The translations under genes were made by a program, and so were the position numbers. Of a stretch of 64,000 bases of DNA, positions 24,380-38,971 are shown one piece after another. The stretch's first letter is position 1; the number at the start of each line of letters is the position of its first letter. The stretch comes from Raillietiella orientalis (Eukaryota), in the NCBI GenBank assembly GCA_036172245.1, contig JAYWIR010000001.1:1116001-1180000 (forward strand), read 5' to 3'. The notes beneath the pieces are model-generated. The model was not told where the DNA came from, searched no databases, and saw nothing but the letters and a program-made list of their open reading frames with translations.

Positions 24380-24892
24380 TTATTCGTTTTCTTCACTTCT
24401 TAGTCGAGCATTCTCGTTGGTTACACGCACAGCAAGCTGTTTGGCTCTCTCTACAATGGCTTTACGTTTGCGCGATGAAACACCATGGGCAATTTCAGCA
24501 CAAAAATTTTTGTTCTGCATAAGCAGAATTTCCAATTCCTAATGTTATTTTAAAAAGGAAGATAAACATAAATGTGATTTCAGAGGAACTTGCCTTTAAA
24601 TTATGAACTAAAAATTTTCGAAACCCTGAAGGCAGCATATGTCGAGTATGGCGATTACTACCATAGCCAATGGTGGGCATCAAATACTGTCCCTTAAAAC
24701 GACGTCGAACTCTGTTGTCAATGCCCCGAGGTTTTCTCCAATTTGGCTATGAAGGTTGCAACAGCTGATAAATTTAAGTTATATGAAGATCCTTCCTACC
24801 CTTAGTTTCACATATCGATCACTCTGATGACGTATAAATTTTTTTGTTCGTTTCTTTACTATTTTTGGTTTTCTTAATGGAACTAATGCCAT
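24380..24892 (-). CDS. RPL32: 60S ribosomal protein L32 (eL32), 134 aa, 3 coding exons
   Basis: Exons 24892-24800, 24746-24594, 24538-24380 give [27 protein letters not shown]...[28 protein letters not shown]...[10 protein letters not shown]. Confidence 0.98.
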
Positions 24893-25672
24893 TTTCAAAT
24901 CTGCACAGACTAAATATTTCTATTAACTGAAAAACAAAACGATTAAGAATCTATCTGAATTCTGATACTCAGATTCAAATGACAATGGTGACTTGGTTCA
25001 CATCATTTAGAGTTCACCATTTTGTTTTGTAAATTTGCTTTATCTTTTCGCATTATATAGTTTTATTCTTCTTCATGCTTTGAATAAAAAGTTGTAATTC
25101 CTATATAATTGTTCATTCCATACATTAATAATATAATTCTTATATTCAAACTTTCAAGTTCCAAAACTGATTCAAGAGCTTATTGGCCTTTATTTGCTCT
25201 AATATGAATTACCACTCCTAAAATACTTTTTCCCGATAAACACCATTTACTTTAACACGAACTCAGAGGTTTTACGATTGCTAATTGAAAGCACTACACA
25301 TTAGTTCAATGCTCTTGATCCCATTGTCAAATATAAAGCAAGTTTATGAGCATCAAGTTATTCTAATCCATGTTCGCTCTCAAACTGAAAACTTACTATT
25401 GTAACCAAAAACTCTAAGATAACAGGGCTGTTTTTAAATCAAACCAATAGCACGAAACATTTGGTTACATTAATTGGAAAATGATTTCTCACTCCCAAAT
25501 GTTTACAAAAATCGATTAAATATAATATAAACCGTTTTCGATGAGATTGAAACCTTTTTGTCAAACGACAAAAACCAAGTAATTGCTAGAAACAATAATT
25601 GTGCACAAGAAATGTCGGACGCAATAATTTACTATCATACTTTTTGTTTGAACTTAAACAAATACAACTTAC

Positions 25673-25724
25673 AAAGTCTGCTATCCTGCAACTTTTCAGC
25701 AACGTTAAGAATCACGTGAAGGAG
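25673..25724 (-). promoter_or_regulatory. Putative non-coding first exon (TOP-like start) of RpL32
   Basis: Pyrimidine start CTCCTTC, donor GTAAGT at 25672, and acceptor TGTGCAG 8 nt before the ATG (24901-24907). Ribosomal protein genes commonly have this layout. Confidence 0.4.
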
Positions 25725-28700
25725 TTACCAAATCTACTACTTAATTCGTGGCAGTCTATGGTTACAAAAAAAAAACTGAATTTTATCCGGAAATAAAACA
25801 ATAAAACACATTATATAAAGTAAAATGTCTTGTCATTGTGATCAAGTTATTATCATATCCACATATTAGCTGCAATTACAATACTAATAGAAATTATATT
25901 TAATAGTGTATGTACATTCATTAAATAATTAAGGATATATTGAAAACACATAAAAAAACATCTCCGTGTAAAAAAAACAATAAAGAAAAATATTTAGCCC
26001 TTTGATATAGAATAAATATTTTTTAGATAATCAACTTCCATCTTGCCATATATAATAAATTAACTATACACATCTCCAGACATCAAAAAAATAATTGAAA
26101 TTTTTATAGAAACAGTTACAGTAAAGAGTCTTTATTATTTATAGGATTTAAATTATGCATCAGATCATTTGAGTCCATATTTAAAAATTCAAGCTATTCT
26201 GAGCCTGTATAAAAAGAAACAAATGCAAACGGACCCGAATATTAAGAACATTTTCAGAAGCAAATATAGGATATTTTCCGGAAATTCAGTATAACACTCA
26301 TAAGTAATCATTGAGGTACTAGCCCTTGTAAGTTCTAAGAACCACAGAAACAAAGCAGTCGACACAAATAACAGAGAACTATTGTTTTATAAAAAAATTT
26401 TGGGGGCTTAAGTTTTTTCTACAGTATCGGGAATCAATTCTAAGGATACTAAGTAATAAGGTGAACTACGAATCTAAATTACTTTAATGAAATAATTAGA
26501 AATCCAATAAAAACGAATACATAGTTAGTCTTTTAGTTTAAAAAGTAATATTTAAAGCTCATTAGCTGCATATTCAGATGTTTCTAATAACTGCTTTTAT
26601 GAAAATGATATAAATAATTTACAAGAAGCTAGAAGTAAAAGAAGAATTTCATTTAGAGACTTTCTCACTGTTGAAAAATGGACACAAATTAATCTTCTCA
26701 TGGAAAAATTGACTGAAATAAATATAAAAGAATAATCATTTAAAAAGCGAATATTTTTTAATCCAAAATGTAATAACTAGTCCCTGTTATACTATGTAAG
26801 GTAGACGCAGACCTCTGAATAATTGAACTGCATGACTACTGGACCAGCAGATTGGATCACAATTGACCAGAAAGAACACCTAGTGTATTCTGGTAAAAAG
26901 AATCTACATCAACGTGACTCAATTAGTAGAACACGGTTTCAAGTTTCAGAGTTTGTTTTCAAAGAAATTGTGTTGTATTGGCTCTACTAAATATTCAATA
27001 TAGTGAGAAAATCTGTTCTTTCATTAATTAGTCATGTGCATTAGATATAACAGCGTGAGGAAACCATAATCTATACCATTATAGATCCTGGATTCTGTTC
27101 ACCTCAAATATCGGTTACTCTACAAAAATGGCAATCAGCTGAATAATTGAGCATATTCACCAGGGAAAGAAATTACACTCCTGAAGTTCTCTTGCATATA
27201 ATACATGATGCATGTAAACTCTACTTCTTAGGGGATGCTGAAGATGCAAATGTGATATAAATAAAGTAGATGTATCTTGTGTTTTTGAAGGCTTATACAC
27301 TTTAAAACGTACATAGTTCACGAATAGATACTTTCGAATCTTGAAATATGTGATCGCCTGAAAGGAGTCCAATGTTCAAATGTTCTCTCGTTATTAAGAA
27401 TGAATATAATTTGCAATCAATCTCATTAGAAGGTGTTGTCTACCATGGAGTTTGTGGGAGCATGCCTAAAAGCTGATGGTAAAATAAGGTTCCACAAAAA
27501 CTAGGAAAATGCAGTTTTACTGATTTTGATGGTAAGAAGATTGAATAGCAGTACATTTATGGAAAATGTGAATCGGCAAAAGTCATTTTGACGTGTCACC
27601 ACTACTCTGACACTCTATCAGCTATTGATAACAACCATAGATACTTAGCTTTTATTATGAGATATCTTTCACTTTTCAAATGCATAATTGACTCCATACA
27701 TGCATATGTGTTATTGTTTTATTATTATATATATGGATTGCTAATTATCAATATTATTTTTGAATTCATTTAAAATTGTTACTGCATGATATGATCTACT
27801 TAGTCTCATATAAATAGATTTTTGTAATCTCGATTTATTCATATTTTCACCAAAGAGAAGAAAAAACACTTCGATAAAAAGTGAATACATGGATATTTTG
27901 CTAATATTTGCTAAATATCCAAATAAAACAAAATATTTTTGGTATTGTAATATTTAACACGATCTACCAAGAGGAAGCTGATTGTTTTTCTTTAAATACA
28001 GATACCAGGAACACTTTAAAAAGTTTTTTGAAACAACCTTTTAAGTGAAATGATTAAAAGGTTGTTGCTGAATTTCAAATAATTCGATTTCAACTTAGGA
28101 ATATTCAAAGAATTGATTTAGAGTTGTTCCTGCTTGTGAAAGACTTTTATATATTCGAGACGATTTTCAAAAATGTATCACAGCTACTGCACCTTTAAAA
28201 ATAGTTTTATGTCTTCTTATAAATGAATAGTATGTAATTTACATAGATGTAGTTAATACATGTATTTATACAAGAAAATAAGGTACTTACAGAAGAATGA
28301 GTTTTAAGTATGTGCTTACCTGAATTATCACTAATCGTAATGATACGTGGTGAATATGTGACCTTTAATTTGTTTAGTGTAGGAAATTCCGAAAATAAAA
28401 AGTCCTATTTTTAATGTAGGCGGTAAAATTTTGGGTTTGATTTTTTTGTAATACGTATTTCCCTTATATGCATTTTTATTATATGTTTTACTTTCCAGTG
28501 ATTAAATTATTTTCATTGTACTTCTTAAAATTGAAATAAATTCTCCTCCAATTTTCCGTTTGCTTTTGGGATTGTTGGTGAACAAAAGAGTTCCGACAAA
28601 AATTCCACGAATGCAAAGTCTTTGTATGTTGTGAAATATTCATATTATGTTACGAAATAATCGATTGTTCTCAATTTTGTTTTAATATTTTTGGAATGGC

Positions 28701-28950
28701 TGAGTTGAAATCAATAATTTATATTTTGTAATAATTGTTTATTTAAATCTTATGAAAGTTTTTAATTTGTTGAGCTGCTAACCCTGTATGTATTGAAGAT
28801 TTAGTGAATGTTTTGAAGAGCAATGGTATGCAGTCTGAAATCGCTTCCCAGTCATTTGCCTAAGACCAAAGTGTAGAATTGCTGAACTGTCGATGATTGA
28901 GCATTGAAAGAAAAAAATATTGATTTCATTGTTGTATTTGTGCCTAGAAA

Positions 28951-31900
28951 ATGGGGAAAGGATTCAATAATTATATGTGTAAAAAATTTTTCCATCCAGC
29001 TTCGGTGGACAATCTTAAAAGAGTGAGTCCAAAGTTTTTATAATCATATCTGGCCTTATTACTAGAATTCATAACTGCAAAACTTCAGCTTTAATGATTG
29101 ATTTCCCATCCCTGTTTTTGGCTGTTTTTTTACTTGCATGCTTTGGTTTGTTAAGTAATTTGTCCAGCCCCCAAAATAAACGTGTACCCTGTATTTGTGA
29201 TGTCTCTCACAATTCTTTCAATCTAAAATACAAAAAGCACATGATTCAATGCATCATCGGTTGTAATTTACTTAGGTTTGGATGGCAGAGCAAAAACATG
29301 ACCAACTATTAAAAAGACAAGAAGAACTGAAATTGCAGTACGAAAAAGAACAAGAGCTTTTCAATAACAAGTACGAACAATTATTTCTCTATGTACTATG
29401 CAGAACGTTAGAAGAGCAGCTGTTTATGTATGTTCTTGAATTTTTAGAGCTCTCCTGAGTAAAGAAAGTAAAGATAAATTAAGTGTGAACTTCCTTTATG
29501 AACCACCACCAGGAGTGCGGGATAGAAAGAAAGAGGATGGAGAACCTGAATATAAATTTGAGTGGCAGAGAAAATATAATGCTCCTCGTGAAGAGTAAGT
29601 ACATGTTAATAATTTTGCAGAAAATAGTCTATTAGCTTCATAATAATAAAATATACTACAACATGTAAGCCATTTGAGCATCTGAATGCATTCTGTATGA
29701 TTAAGGCTCTTTGTAGTTACTTGTAATTACCACAAGGGTTGATATTGTAATACTAAGTATGGAGCTCACATAAGAAGCCATAAAATCAGAGGTGAAGACT
29801 AAAGAATAAAATGCAGGAATGTGGGATACCATAACTAGAAAGACATCACCCATAAGATAATCATACATTTACAAAATTCTTTTCAGAAAAGCAGTGTCAG
29901 TCTTGTTATGTGTTATAAGTATTCAGAATTGATTCAGTGGTTGGTTTCAATAAGCTCCATAGTATGCAACCCATAAAATATTGTTGCAGCACTATTTTGT
30001 AGGTTTATATTCTATGCAGTTACATAAACCAATTCCTATTCTGTGTATTGCATAGATGTTTGTGAGGATCTTTAATATTGTTTGTAATAAAGTGATCCTC
30101 TATGATTGGAATAAGGCTATGGAATTTTTATACATGTAGCAGCTGTTGTTTCTTGCAATTTGACTGATCATAAAACACACTTAGTACCGATAAATTTTAT
30201 ATCTGGCCTGAGTTCTGTCATTGTGAAATAGTCTAAAGTGCAGATGCTTATTTGAAAGTCATCTACTACCTCCACTTCTAGCTTTTTTCATTTTATCTAG
30301 AATTTCCGCCATTTGCTTAAATGTTGCTTCTTTTATCCCAGTTAAACGTCAAAACTCTTCTTTTCCTAACTCTTTTATTTCCTTATATTTCGCTCTTCCA
30401 AATATATTATCTTACTCCCACTCTGACAATTTTGAAAGAAGTAATAATAACTCCTATGAGTGAAAAGGATTTGGAGCTAAGTTCTCAAAATAGCAGAATG
30501 TTCATAGAGTTGCTAAAGAACGAGAAAAGTATTTATAATTGCATAGTAAAAGAAAATACTATTAATATTATAGTACATTCTGAGATACATCAGGCTACAA
30601 ATTCGATTAATTTTATGATTTATGATAACTTTACATCACACTCATGAAATATGACATTCCAAGATTTGTTTTAGAAGGAACGAAGCTGGTTTTAAGTAAT
30701 TATGAAAGCTTATGAAGTCTCACTCTTTACATAGTTCTCCTATTCCTTTTCATTACTTCAAGTGTTATAATTTTTTCTCTGTATTTTAATTCTGTTCTCC
30801 ATGTTTTAAATCTGGAACCTTTAGTTTTGTAGTTTTATTCATGTGTTCCTCATTAATTATATTAACTTGCCCCGTGAATGCAGTGTAAATCTGAAAGGTT
30901 GTTTTGAATGAGTTGGTTCAAAGAACTGTGAATTTTCATTTATTATGAGGTGAGCAGATTCAATTTCTATTGTGTCACTGTTGCATAATCCACGAGTTTG
31001 TTGCATGGTTGTACCTAATAATGGTGGGATGTTTGTTTTCACTGTTTGCAGTATGTTTCATTCACATTATTTGAAACAGTTTCTAGCATTGAAATTGCTC
31101 CATAATCAGTTCATAGGCTTGTCATATTGGTATCATGACATTTTTGAAAGAATTCTGTGGATGTGCTGTCTTCTCAGTAGGTTTTGGTCAACCAACATGG
31201 TTTCCCAGATATCTGTGGCATTTATTGAGTGACTGATGAAACAGTCCACTGCAACTCCAGCAAGTTTTTATCTTTGCAGTCATGTTTTCGTGTAACTCTT
31301 GTTGTGTAAGTTCTTTATCTCTACAGGAACGTCATTATCGTGTTGTGACCCAGCATTAAGTTTCACTTTTTTACATCTCCCACATATGTTCTCCTTCACT
31401 CTTTAAACTATCCTCTGAAATGTGAGCTAGACTTTATTGCATTTTCATGTCTAATGGATGTCAATAAAAATTAGTGTTCTATTTAGATGCTTTTGTACAC
31501 CTGTTTGTTTCATGTGAATGATCTTCTGACTCGGTTTCTGTGTTTCTTTTATGGATTCGGTGAGATACTGGATTCTCTTTGTCTTTGCCTTGGAACCTGC
31601 ACTTCTGGGATGTTTCTATCAAGGATTCCAAGAAGCATGCTTCATAAGTGTTTGTTCCCGGTATTTCCACATCTGACACAGGATCAGTTAGCATGCAAGT
31701 TTTTAAAATTCTAGGCTCTGTTCTTTCATTTCCACGTTCCATCGGAGGTACTCGTTCTTAGATTAGAATTCAATGATTTTCTGCACTGATTAGTGGAACC
31801 AGTCTGCAATACATGCACTATTACAAGCCCTAACAAACCTCTGGCAACTTTGATGTTTTGTCTGAGCCATAGAGTTACTGGTTCTCTGCAAATGAGTGCC

Positions 31901-34177
31901 ATCTGTTTGGATGAAATGATGTCTTCCTATCAGTGGTTGTAAAGATCTGGTTTCCTTCCAGTGTATTCTTCACAAATCTTTCATCCTATTATTCTTTGTT
32001 TTTCCCACAAAGATTTTATTATTAAAATATTTGCTTCCTTCTGTGTCGAGCCAGACTAGCCTGTGTCTGCTTCTGTGATAGCAGGAACCTTAATTTCAGG
32101 GCAGTAAATGTATTAATTGTATTCTATATTACTGCTGTTTATTTTCGTAGCTTCTTGCTCCATTGAATGATGTTGCCATGTTCTTTACTTCAAAAGCTTT
32201 TCCCACATTTTACTGTTGAATGTCTCCAATTGAAAGTCCAAGATATTCAAAAGTGTGACATATTTCCTTTTTTTATTTGCTTTTGAGTGTTGTTGAGGTT
32301 GAGATTTCTGGAAAGATTCTTGTTTCTTTCACGTTCACTTCTGGAGCATCTTCCCTTTGCATTAATTTGAAATAATACTTGCTACACTTGTGATCCCTAG
32401 GTTCAGGAATGTGATTTTTTGAGGAATTATCTTGGAAGGCTACATGGTTCAGTGCCCTTGCTTTCTGTTTCTTGGTAGTGGTAGATATCTCTTGCAGTGG
32501 TGGAGAATAATATCCATGTGTTTGCAAAACTTATTCCACTCATCCTTAATGTTAGGTGACCTTAATTTATTCTGTTCAGTGAGCAATTAGGCTTTGAGGC
32601 ATTCTCGTTTAATGCAATATCCATAATAGTACTGAGCGTTTACTAAAGAGTTGCACCTGGTGATGCTGGGGCATTTATTTTACAATAATAAAACAAACCT
32701 ACAATTTGGAAGAAAATACACCTTCGAAATGGCTATTTCCCTATAAGAGTTTACTAAAGAGAAGGCATTTCTGAACGTTGTGATATCATTAGACCTTCTT
32801 GCTCTTTCTGTTGCAGCCAGCCACGTGCATGTATTATTATCCAAGTCCTCCTTGAAATTCTTCAGCACTACACATGTCTGCAATGTGCTGAACATTCCTA
32901 AATTGCTTTCAGTTTTTTATTCCAAATCTTGAAGAAAATCTTTATAACAGTGCCCATCAGCTCATCCACTCTGGATTTCTTACAAATTATCGTTTTTCGC
33001 TCTTATTGGTCTCAAGGTTCTCAGAAAAAATTTTTTCTTTTCAGGCACCTCTAAAATTTGTTTGCTTGTAGTTCTGCAAACTTTTTACACAATTCTGATT
33101 TTGCACTTTTCCAGATGGTACCTGAAGCTTCATGAACTTCTTGAGTGTAGGATTTAAAAAGTGCCTTAGCTAAATTAAAGGAAACGGAATCCATTCTCAA
33201 TCAGAGTTCATGCAAAAGTGTGCGTTGTCAAGGAATACAAAGTTTTGAGCTGAAACAAACACTTTTGTAATATGCTATTAATGTGCATTGAGTAAGCCTG
33301 CAGTATTTGATTCGTAAATTTTTCTAAGCACTGTAAGCTTGACTCTCCGAATTTGTGTAACAGTCCACACTAAGTTTTAATTGTACTATGATGAACTGTT
33401 TACTTTATTTCTCAACTCAGGAACTGCAGTGTTATTAAATGATATTTTGTATCATAGAGTATGTTTTATTTTTCAAGTTTACAGTATTATAGCATTTGTT
33501 TGATAATGTTTGTTTGGCTTACTAATTTGTTTAATTTTAGCTATTGCAAAAATAATCAAGATATTCGAGATCAGCCCTTTGGCATCTTGGTCAGAAATGT
33601 GCGCTGCATCAAATGTCATCAGTGGGGGCACATCAATACAGATCGTGAATGCCCTATGTTTAATCAGGCAGTAGAAGCCTTGGAAATGGGTACATTAACA
33701 GATCCAGCATTACTGATGCAAAAGATGAAAGAGGATGGTCTAATTTTAAAACAAAGTGGCCTTGGCCATAATCAGGACCCAGGAGCTTCAAATCAGGTAA
33801 GTCACATCTTGACTATGAAATGTGGATGTGGAATATATTCCAGCAACTGTTGGAAAGCGATGATGAAGATATAAATCTGGAATTTTTGAAGTCACTTAAC
33901 AAGAAGCAAAAAAAAATATTACTCAGGTGAAAAAGTATTTACTTTAATGTTTCTTGTTTTAATTTTTTAATTGTGTTTTTCTTTTAGAAAGTTAGAAAAA
34001 ATGGAAAAGAAGAAACTAAAATCCTGTAAATCAAAAGATAGCAAGAAAGATAGCAAAAGTAGAAAACATAAGGATAAAAAACAGAAAAAAAAGCACCACA
34101 AAAAGCGAAAGTACAGTAGTTCTACTGGGGAGTCGGACAGCATTTCAGAAAAAACAAATAAAAGACACAAATCATAG
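28951..34177 (+). CDS. CIR1: Corepressor interacting with RBPJ 1 (CIR1), ~280 aa, 6 exons
   Basis: Exons 28951-29022, 29276-29370, 29448-29594, 33541-33796, 33844-33926, 33988-34177. Contains [68 protein letters not shown] and a K/S-rich tail; AATAAA at 34330. Confidence 0.96.
30850..33250 (-). mobile_element. Probable old LINE remnant in CIR1 intron 3
   Basis: Long coding-like, stop-riddled minus-strand stretch with only weak LINE-like motifs; family not resolvable. Confidence 0.3.
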
Positions 34178-34879
34178 CTTCTGAGGATCATTTACAGTTT
34201 GGTTTTTCAGTGGTCAAGCAAACATTATTCCGGAACAGAAGTGATATATTAGAAGTACTACTTGATTATCTGTGTCACTTTAGCATAATGCATATTTGTT
34301 ATGCAGTGATGGTAATCTAACATTGAAGAAATAAAAGAGCGATATATTTGTTTCTGTTTTTCGGATTTCACTGGCTTAAAGTCTGATACCCATATTTACG
34401 TGAATGCATAAGGTACCTTTAATTCTTTTTGGCTCACCAAGTCTTGTTTTAGAGCTTAGTAAGCCAAACTCCTTTCAACAAACCAATTCCAATACGACAG
34501 TAAATGAATATTAATGCAATGTAAAAAAAAAAAAGGCATTGTGAAGATCATTGGTACACCGAAAATCATTTTCCTTTTCTAGCCAAACAATAGCACTTTA
34601 ACATAAACTCGCACCTAAATGTAGCTTCGTGGATGATAGTTTGTATATCCATAGTGCCATGCAGACCATATGCATAATCTGTCATTTTGTCACGATACTT
34701 TCGTTATCCCAATTATGGTGAAAGAGGCTTCAAATTATACCTCAGCAGTCAACACACATTGCTTTCACAACCCCGTTAACGGCCCGACTGATGACCAGAG
34801 CTGACCTTGCTCTGGCGCGTGATAGAGCTTCGTTACCGTCCGCCTGAAGAAGTTTAGCCGGAAAAATTGGGTGAAGGGA

Positions 34880-36100
34880 AAACAAGTTGGGGTATTCGTG
34901 ATACGATTTCTCGAGTTACGCTAAGGATTGTAACGCGAGAAAAGATTACACAACAAGAAAAGGTATATTCTCAAATCGATTACAAGGACGCTACCGGCAA
35001 GACGCAATGTGGCCTATCCCCTAATTTCCAGCTAAATTTCCATTTTTCCCAATTGGACAAGCGGTGGGGAAGTTTCTCTAAACCCTAACTAGATTATGCT
35101 TTCAAAAGAAAGCACATGTAGCCTGCCTAGAGTCTTCTGCTCCTATCAGCTTCTCACACGATTGCATTCTGGACCCTCTTGTCCTTCCTGGTCGAAAAAT
35201 TCGTTGAGGATCAAGGAGATAAGTCTTGCAGGCTTGTTTATTAGCAGGAACGAGACCACATCTTTATATGGCACATGCTTTTCCCTTTGGAAGCAGATGT
35301 TCGCTCTTTCCTTACTCGGACTCGGTCAGAGTCCACGTCAGAGCCAGACTCTCTGCAATCCATATTTTCAGCGCTGTGGCCACGGTCTTCATATTCACTT
35401 GGGGGTTCTGTTGTTCCATCTGCTGGTTTATGCTTAGTTTCAACGCTTTGCTTAGGCTGTGGCCTTATTTGGTTTCTTTTTGAATCGCTCCTTGTCTTTT
35501 TTTAGATTGACAGCACAAGCAAATTTTGTTGACCTGGTCTTGCAGCCTATGATCATATACTTCGCTGGCGCCGTTCTTTCTGTCCTCCCGGTGTGTCTTG
35601 GAAGAGTTCGGGACCGCATGACGGTACCGCGGTTCCGTATGCAGTTCCTCAATCGTGACGCCCTTGCTCATGCATAAGGCGTGCTTTTCTGACAGTCCCT
35701 CCTCCTCCCGTGCTCCGTCAGCTTGCAGAAGCAGTACTTCTCCTGCAAGATGCACTGACACTGCAGCCCGTGTAAAGACCGATACTGCAGGTGGTCCTCC
35801 CGGCCACACATGTGACATTTCGTACTGTCACTTCGTGCTTGCATCCCGTGAAAAAGGCGGGACTGTTGCCTATGTTTTGTCGTCACCTCCTGCAAGTGCA
35901 CTTCAATGCTGGCGACTTCTGGAATAATCGCATCCTCTTGGAGTTCTATCCTTCCTAGGAGAAGTGACTGCCTTTCAGGCTTCTGACCTGGGCTTTCTCG
36001 TATTAGGTAAACCACCTCCAGATCCTCCTCGGGCTCGTTGGGAAATCGATATCGGACAAGAAAACTGTAGTGTTTGGTGTGTCTCGTTGAGATTTATGGT
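34880..36100 (-). mobile_element. L1/Tx1-like LINE 5' part: ORF1 with CCHC knuckles and start of APE domain
   Basis: CHMCGREDH (~35820-35790) and CFCKLTEH...DC knuckles. Downstream GSVLVIDL...CNLFS resembles the APE 'GR.L.(V/I)D....N.YAP' motif. Frameshifted. Confidence 0.6.
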
Positions 36101-38971
36101 CTAAATTTTACTAATTGGCTCCCGTTATCTGTCCACAGTCTATGTAGACTGTGAACTCTCTACTATATGGCACACCGCCTGTATGCAGCTTAAGCCCACA
36201 TTCTTTATATGCAGTGCAAGATATTTACCTCACACTGCTGTCATCCTTTTTAGCTCCATCTTGAAGTTAGCTGCATAATCACTTACCGTAGAATGAATAA
36301 GAATGGAAGACTTGACTTCAGCTCAGTCTATCTTCAAGATGAGCTCATCAATATTTTCTCTCTTAAATCTAGTTGCAATGACTTCTTTTTCAATCACAAC
36401 AACGGGATGACACAAAAAACAAAACTTCGTTAGTGAAAACATGGTGAAGATACTTGGAACAACTAGCCGGTATTGATATTAAGCCTTCCCTGAAAAAAAA
36501 TCCTTTCCTGTAATCTTTTTATCGTTCGAAAAAGGAATGAAATTTTCTTTGAAAAATTCAAATGTCTTTACCAGCTGGATGATGATGTCTTGTAAATCCG
36601 GGCTGTTATAACTGTATAAAAGGACTCGTTATTGAAGGAGTCTCAAGAAACTCGTTGCTTCCTGGGAGACTTCGAGACGAGACATAAATTTATTTAAAAT
36701 TTGCAGATTGTATATCTTTTACGAAATAATTAAATAAGTAATACGAAAAATTGTGGTTCTAGTGTGTTTTTAAATTTCTCTAGCTTGCAAATCTCAAGTA
36801 ATAGCGCCACCAACACTTAAGGGCTTTATTTTTATGCATCAATCACCGTTCCCTATGAATTTTTAAGCTGACTGTGTCTTTGATAACAGCATAATAAAAG
36901 ATTTGCATTTTTTTTATGAAATAAAAAGAACTGCCATTATGACTTTGATTTTGACACTGACACTAAGTCATCAGTCAGTCCTTAAAAAGGATTAAGATTG
37001 TTAGTGACCATTACTTAAGTCCGAAGAAAATCGTTAGTTTTTATTAAAAAAAAGCTTACTCTTTTCTCAATACTTTTTAGTAAAGTCATAAATTAATTCT
37101 ATGGTTTCTATGCTTGAAATACTCTGTTTATTCAGTTGCGGAATTGCAATTATCAAAGTCCAAATCATTTGAATAGACGATTAATCTAAATGGAAGAAAC
37201 TGCATTGATTAAGACATTTTTTGCTTTAATCAATGCAATGACGATCTTACGTTGATGGTTTCAGTATGTCATTGAGCTCAACGAGTCTTTCTGAAGTGTA
37301 CAAAGCCAGACAAAGAAAATACTGGGGTGTATAACGCATTTGATCCTTGATCATTGCATGTTTCTCAATCGCTGTATTCGTTACTCAAGCAGGATTCTGA
37401 TTAGCAGGATTTTAATAATGGAGAAAAGTAAGCCCTTCCAAATATCCATGGTCGATACAAGGTAGATTTCTTGGAAGACATCGAAGAGAATCACACACTC
37501 TTCAATGTGATACTGATGAAATTTTTTCATGTAAAAACTAAGAAAAACACAGTTTCTAGTTTTCAGCTGCTCTATCTGTTGTGAATCCTAAACAAGAATC
37601 GATACTAATATTTGCACGAAATTTTGCTATTTTTGCGTGTAATCACATATTTTTTGTTGCACTTAATGCAATATCTAACCGAAATCAAATCCGTTTTTTC
37701 AATATTCATTTATAAATTCTTGTCCCCCCCTTCAACATCTATTTATCAATTAATTTTTAAGGCGGAGCTTTGCCTTATGTAACGTATTATTACAAATTAA
37801 TCAAAACTTGTGCTAATCTGAACTATTATTTATTTTATTTACAATTGCAATGAAACATTATCTTCTATTATAATACTTGCTTGCTATCATACTCTGCTCC
37901 ATCCTCCAAACTTTCCAAGTTTTCTTCTAAATGATCGCTTTAATTTGACAAAAAAATTATCTGAATTTGAGTTTATCAATTAACATTAGTTTATTGAAAC
38001 CATTCCCTTTCCAAAAGCTGGACATAAGTTCTTTGAAAAACAATCAGTCACAAAGCAGAGTACTTCATAAAAGAATAGCAGTATTCTGTATATGTGGAAC
38101 AGAAAAGATTGATACAAAATCAGGCTAAAAAGAAAAATATCTTTTAAGCAAAGAATCCAAATGTCTTTTTAAAGCTGTTGGTAAAATCTCAACCAAAATA
38201 AGGATATCTATTTATGCATACATGAATTTAATTTAAAAGGTTCTAAAGTCTCCATTTATCTTTCAAGACGTATAATTATATGAGAGACCTCGGACCACTT
38301 GTACCTACGGCTTTATTTCTAGTGTTTCATTTGTACTTACAAAGTCCGTTTTTGTTATTTAAGTTTAAAGTGGTACCGTATCTTCTATATCTTTTTCCGA
38401 GATTTATTTTCAATTTTTAGCAACAGAAAAGATCTAGAATTTGCTTTCACAAACCTTTTTGTACTACTCTTAGGAAAATTTGCTTTTATATTTTCCACTT
38501 TTTCATAGTAAGAAATTTTGCATCAAAACATATGATTAATTTCTCTATTTAAAAGTAAATGATAATAAAATCCTTCTCAAATTAATTAATGGCTTTATTA
38601 TCAAGTATTTATGATGTTCAGAATACTTTCCCAATAGCATTCATTAGTTTATTCTTATATCAGATAAAATTTCAATTTATTAGTTTGAGGATCAGCTGCT
38701 ATACTGAAGTGTCACATGTGCCGGAAGTAGCCTTCGTATTTTGAGGGAAGATAGAATTTGTATGCTCAACTCGAGCGTCTGTTGCATCCCCAAAATGCAA
38801 ACGAGCTCAATAATAAAATCCAGTGTACTACAGGAAACTTTTACAATTCTGCAATGTATGCTCATGTTTTTTTGTTTTACCAAGTGATATTGATGTGTAC
38901 TAGTTTGGAGATCACTTCAACTGGTCAGCTGTTTTAAGTTATGAAGTTAGCAACCATATTGTAATATCACT

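Noticed and set aside
24960..25360. Box C/D snoRNA candidates in the RpL32 5' intron
   Set aside because: C boxes are degenerate, spacing or terminal stems are poor, and I recognise no rRNA-complementary guide.
34787..34830. CTGATGA followed by a CCAGAGC/GCTCTGG stem, resembling a hammerhead ribozyme core
   Set aside because: The required GAAA after stem II is absent (CGCG instead), and no stems I/III with an NUH site are evident.
36200..36700. Minus-strand coding-like segment with splice-like signals
   Set aside because: Stops in all frames and no recognisable homology.
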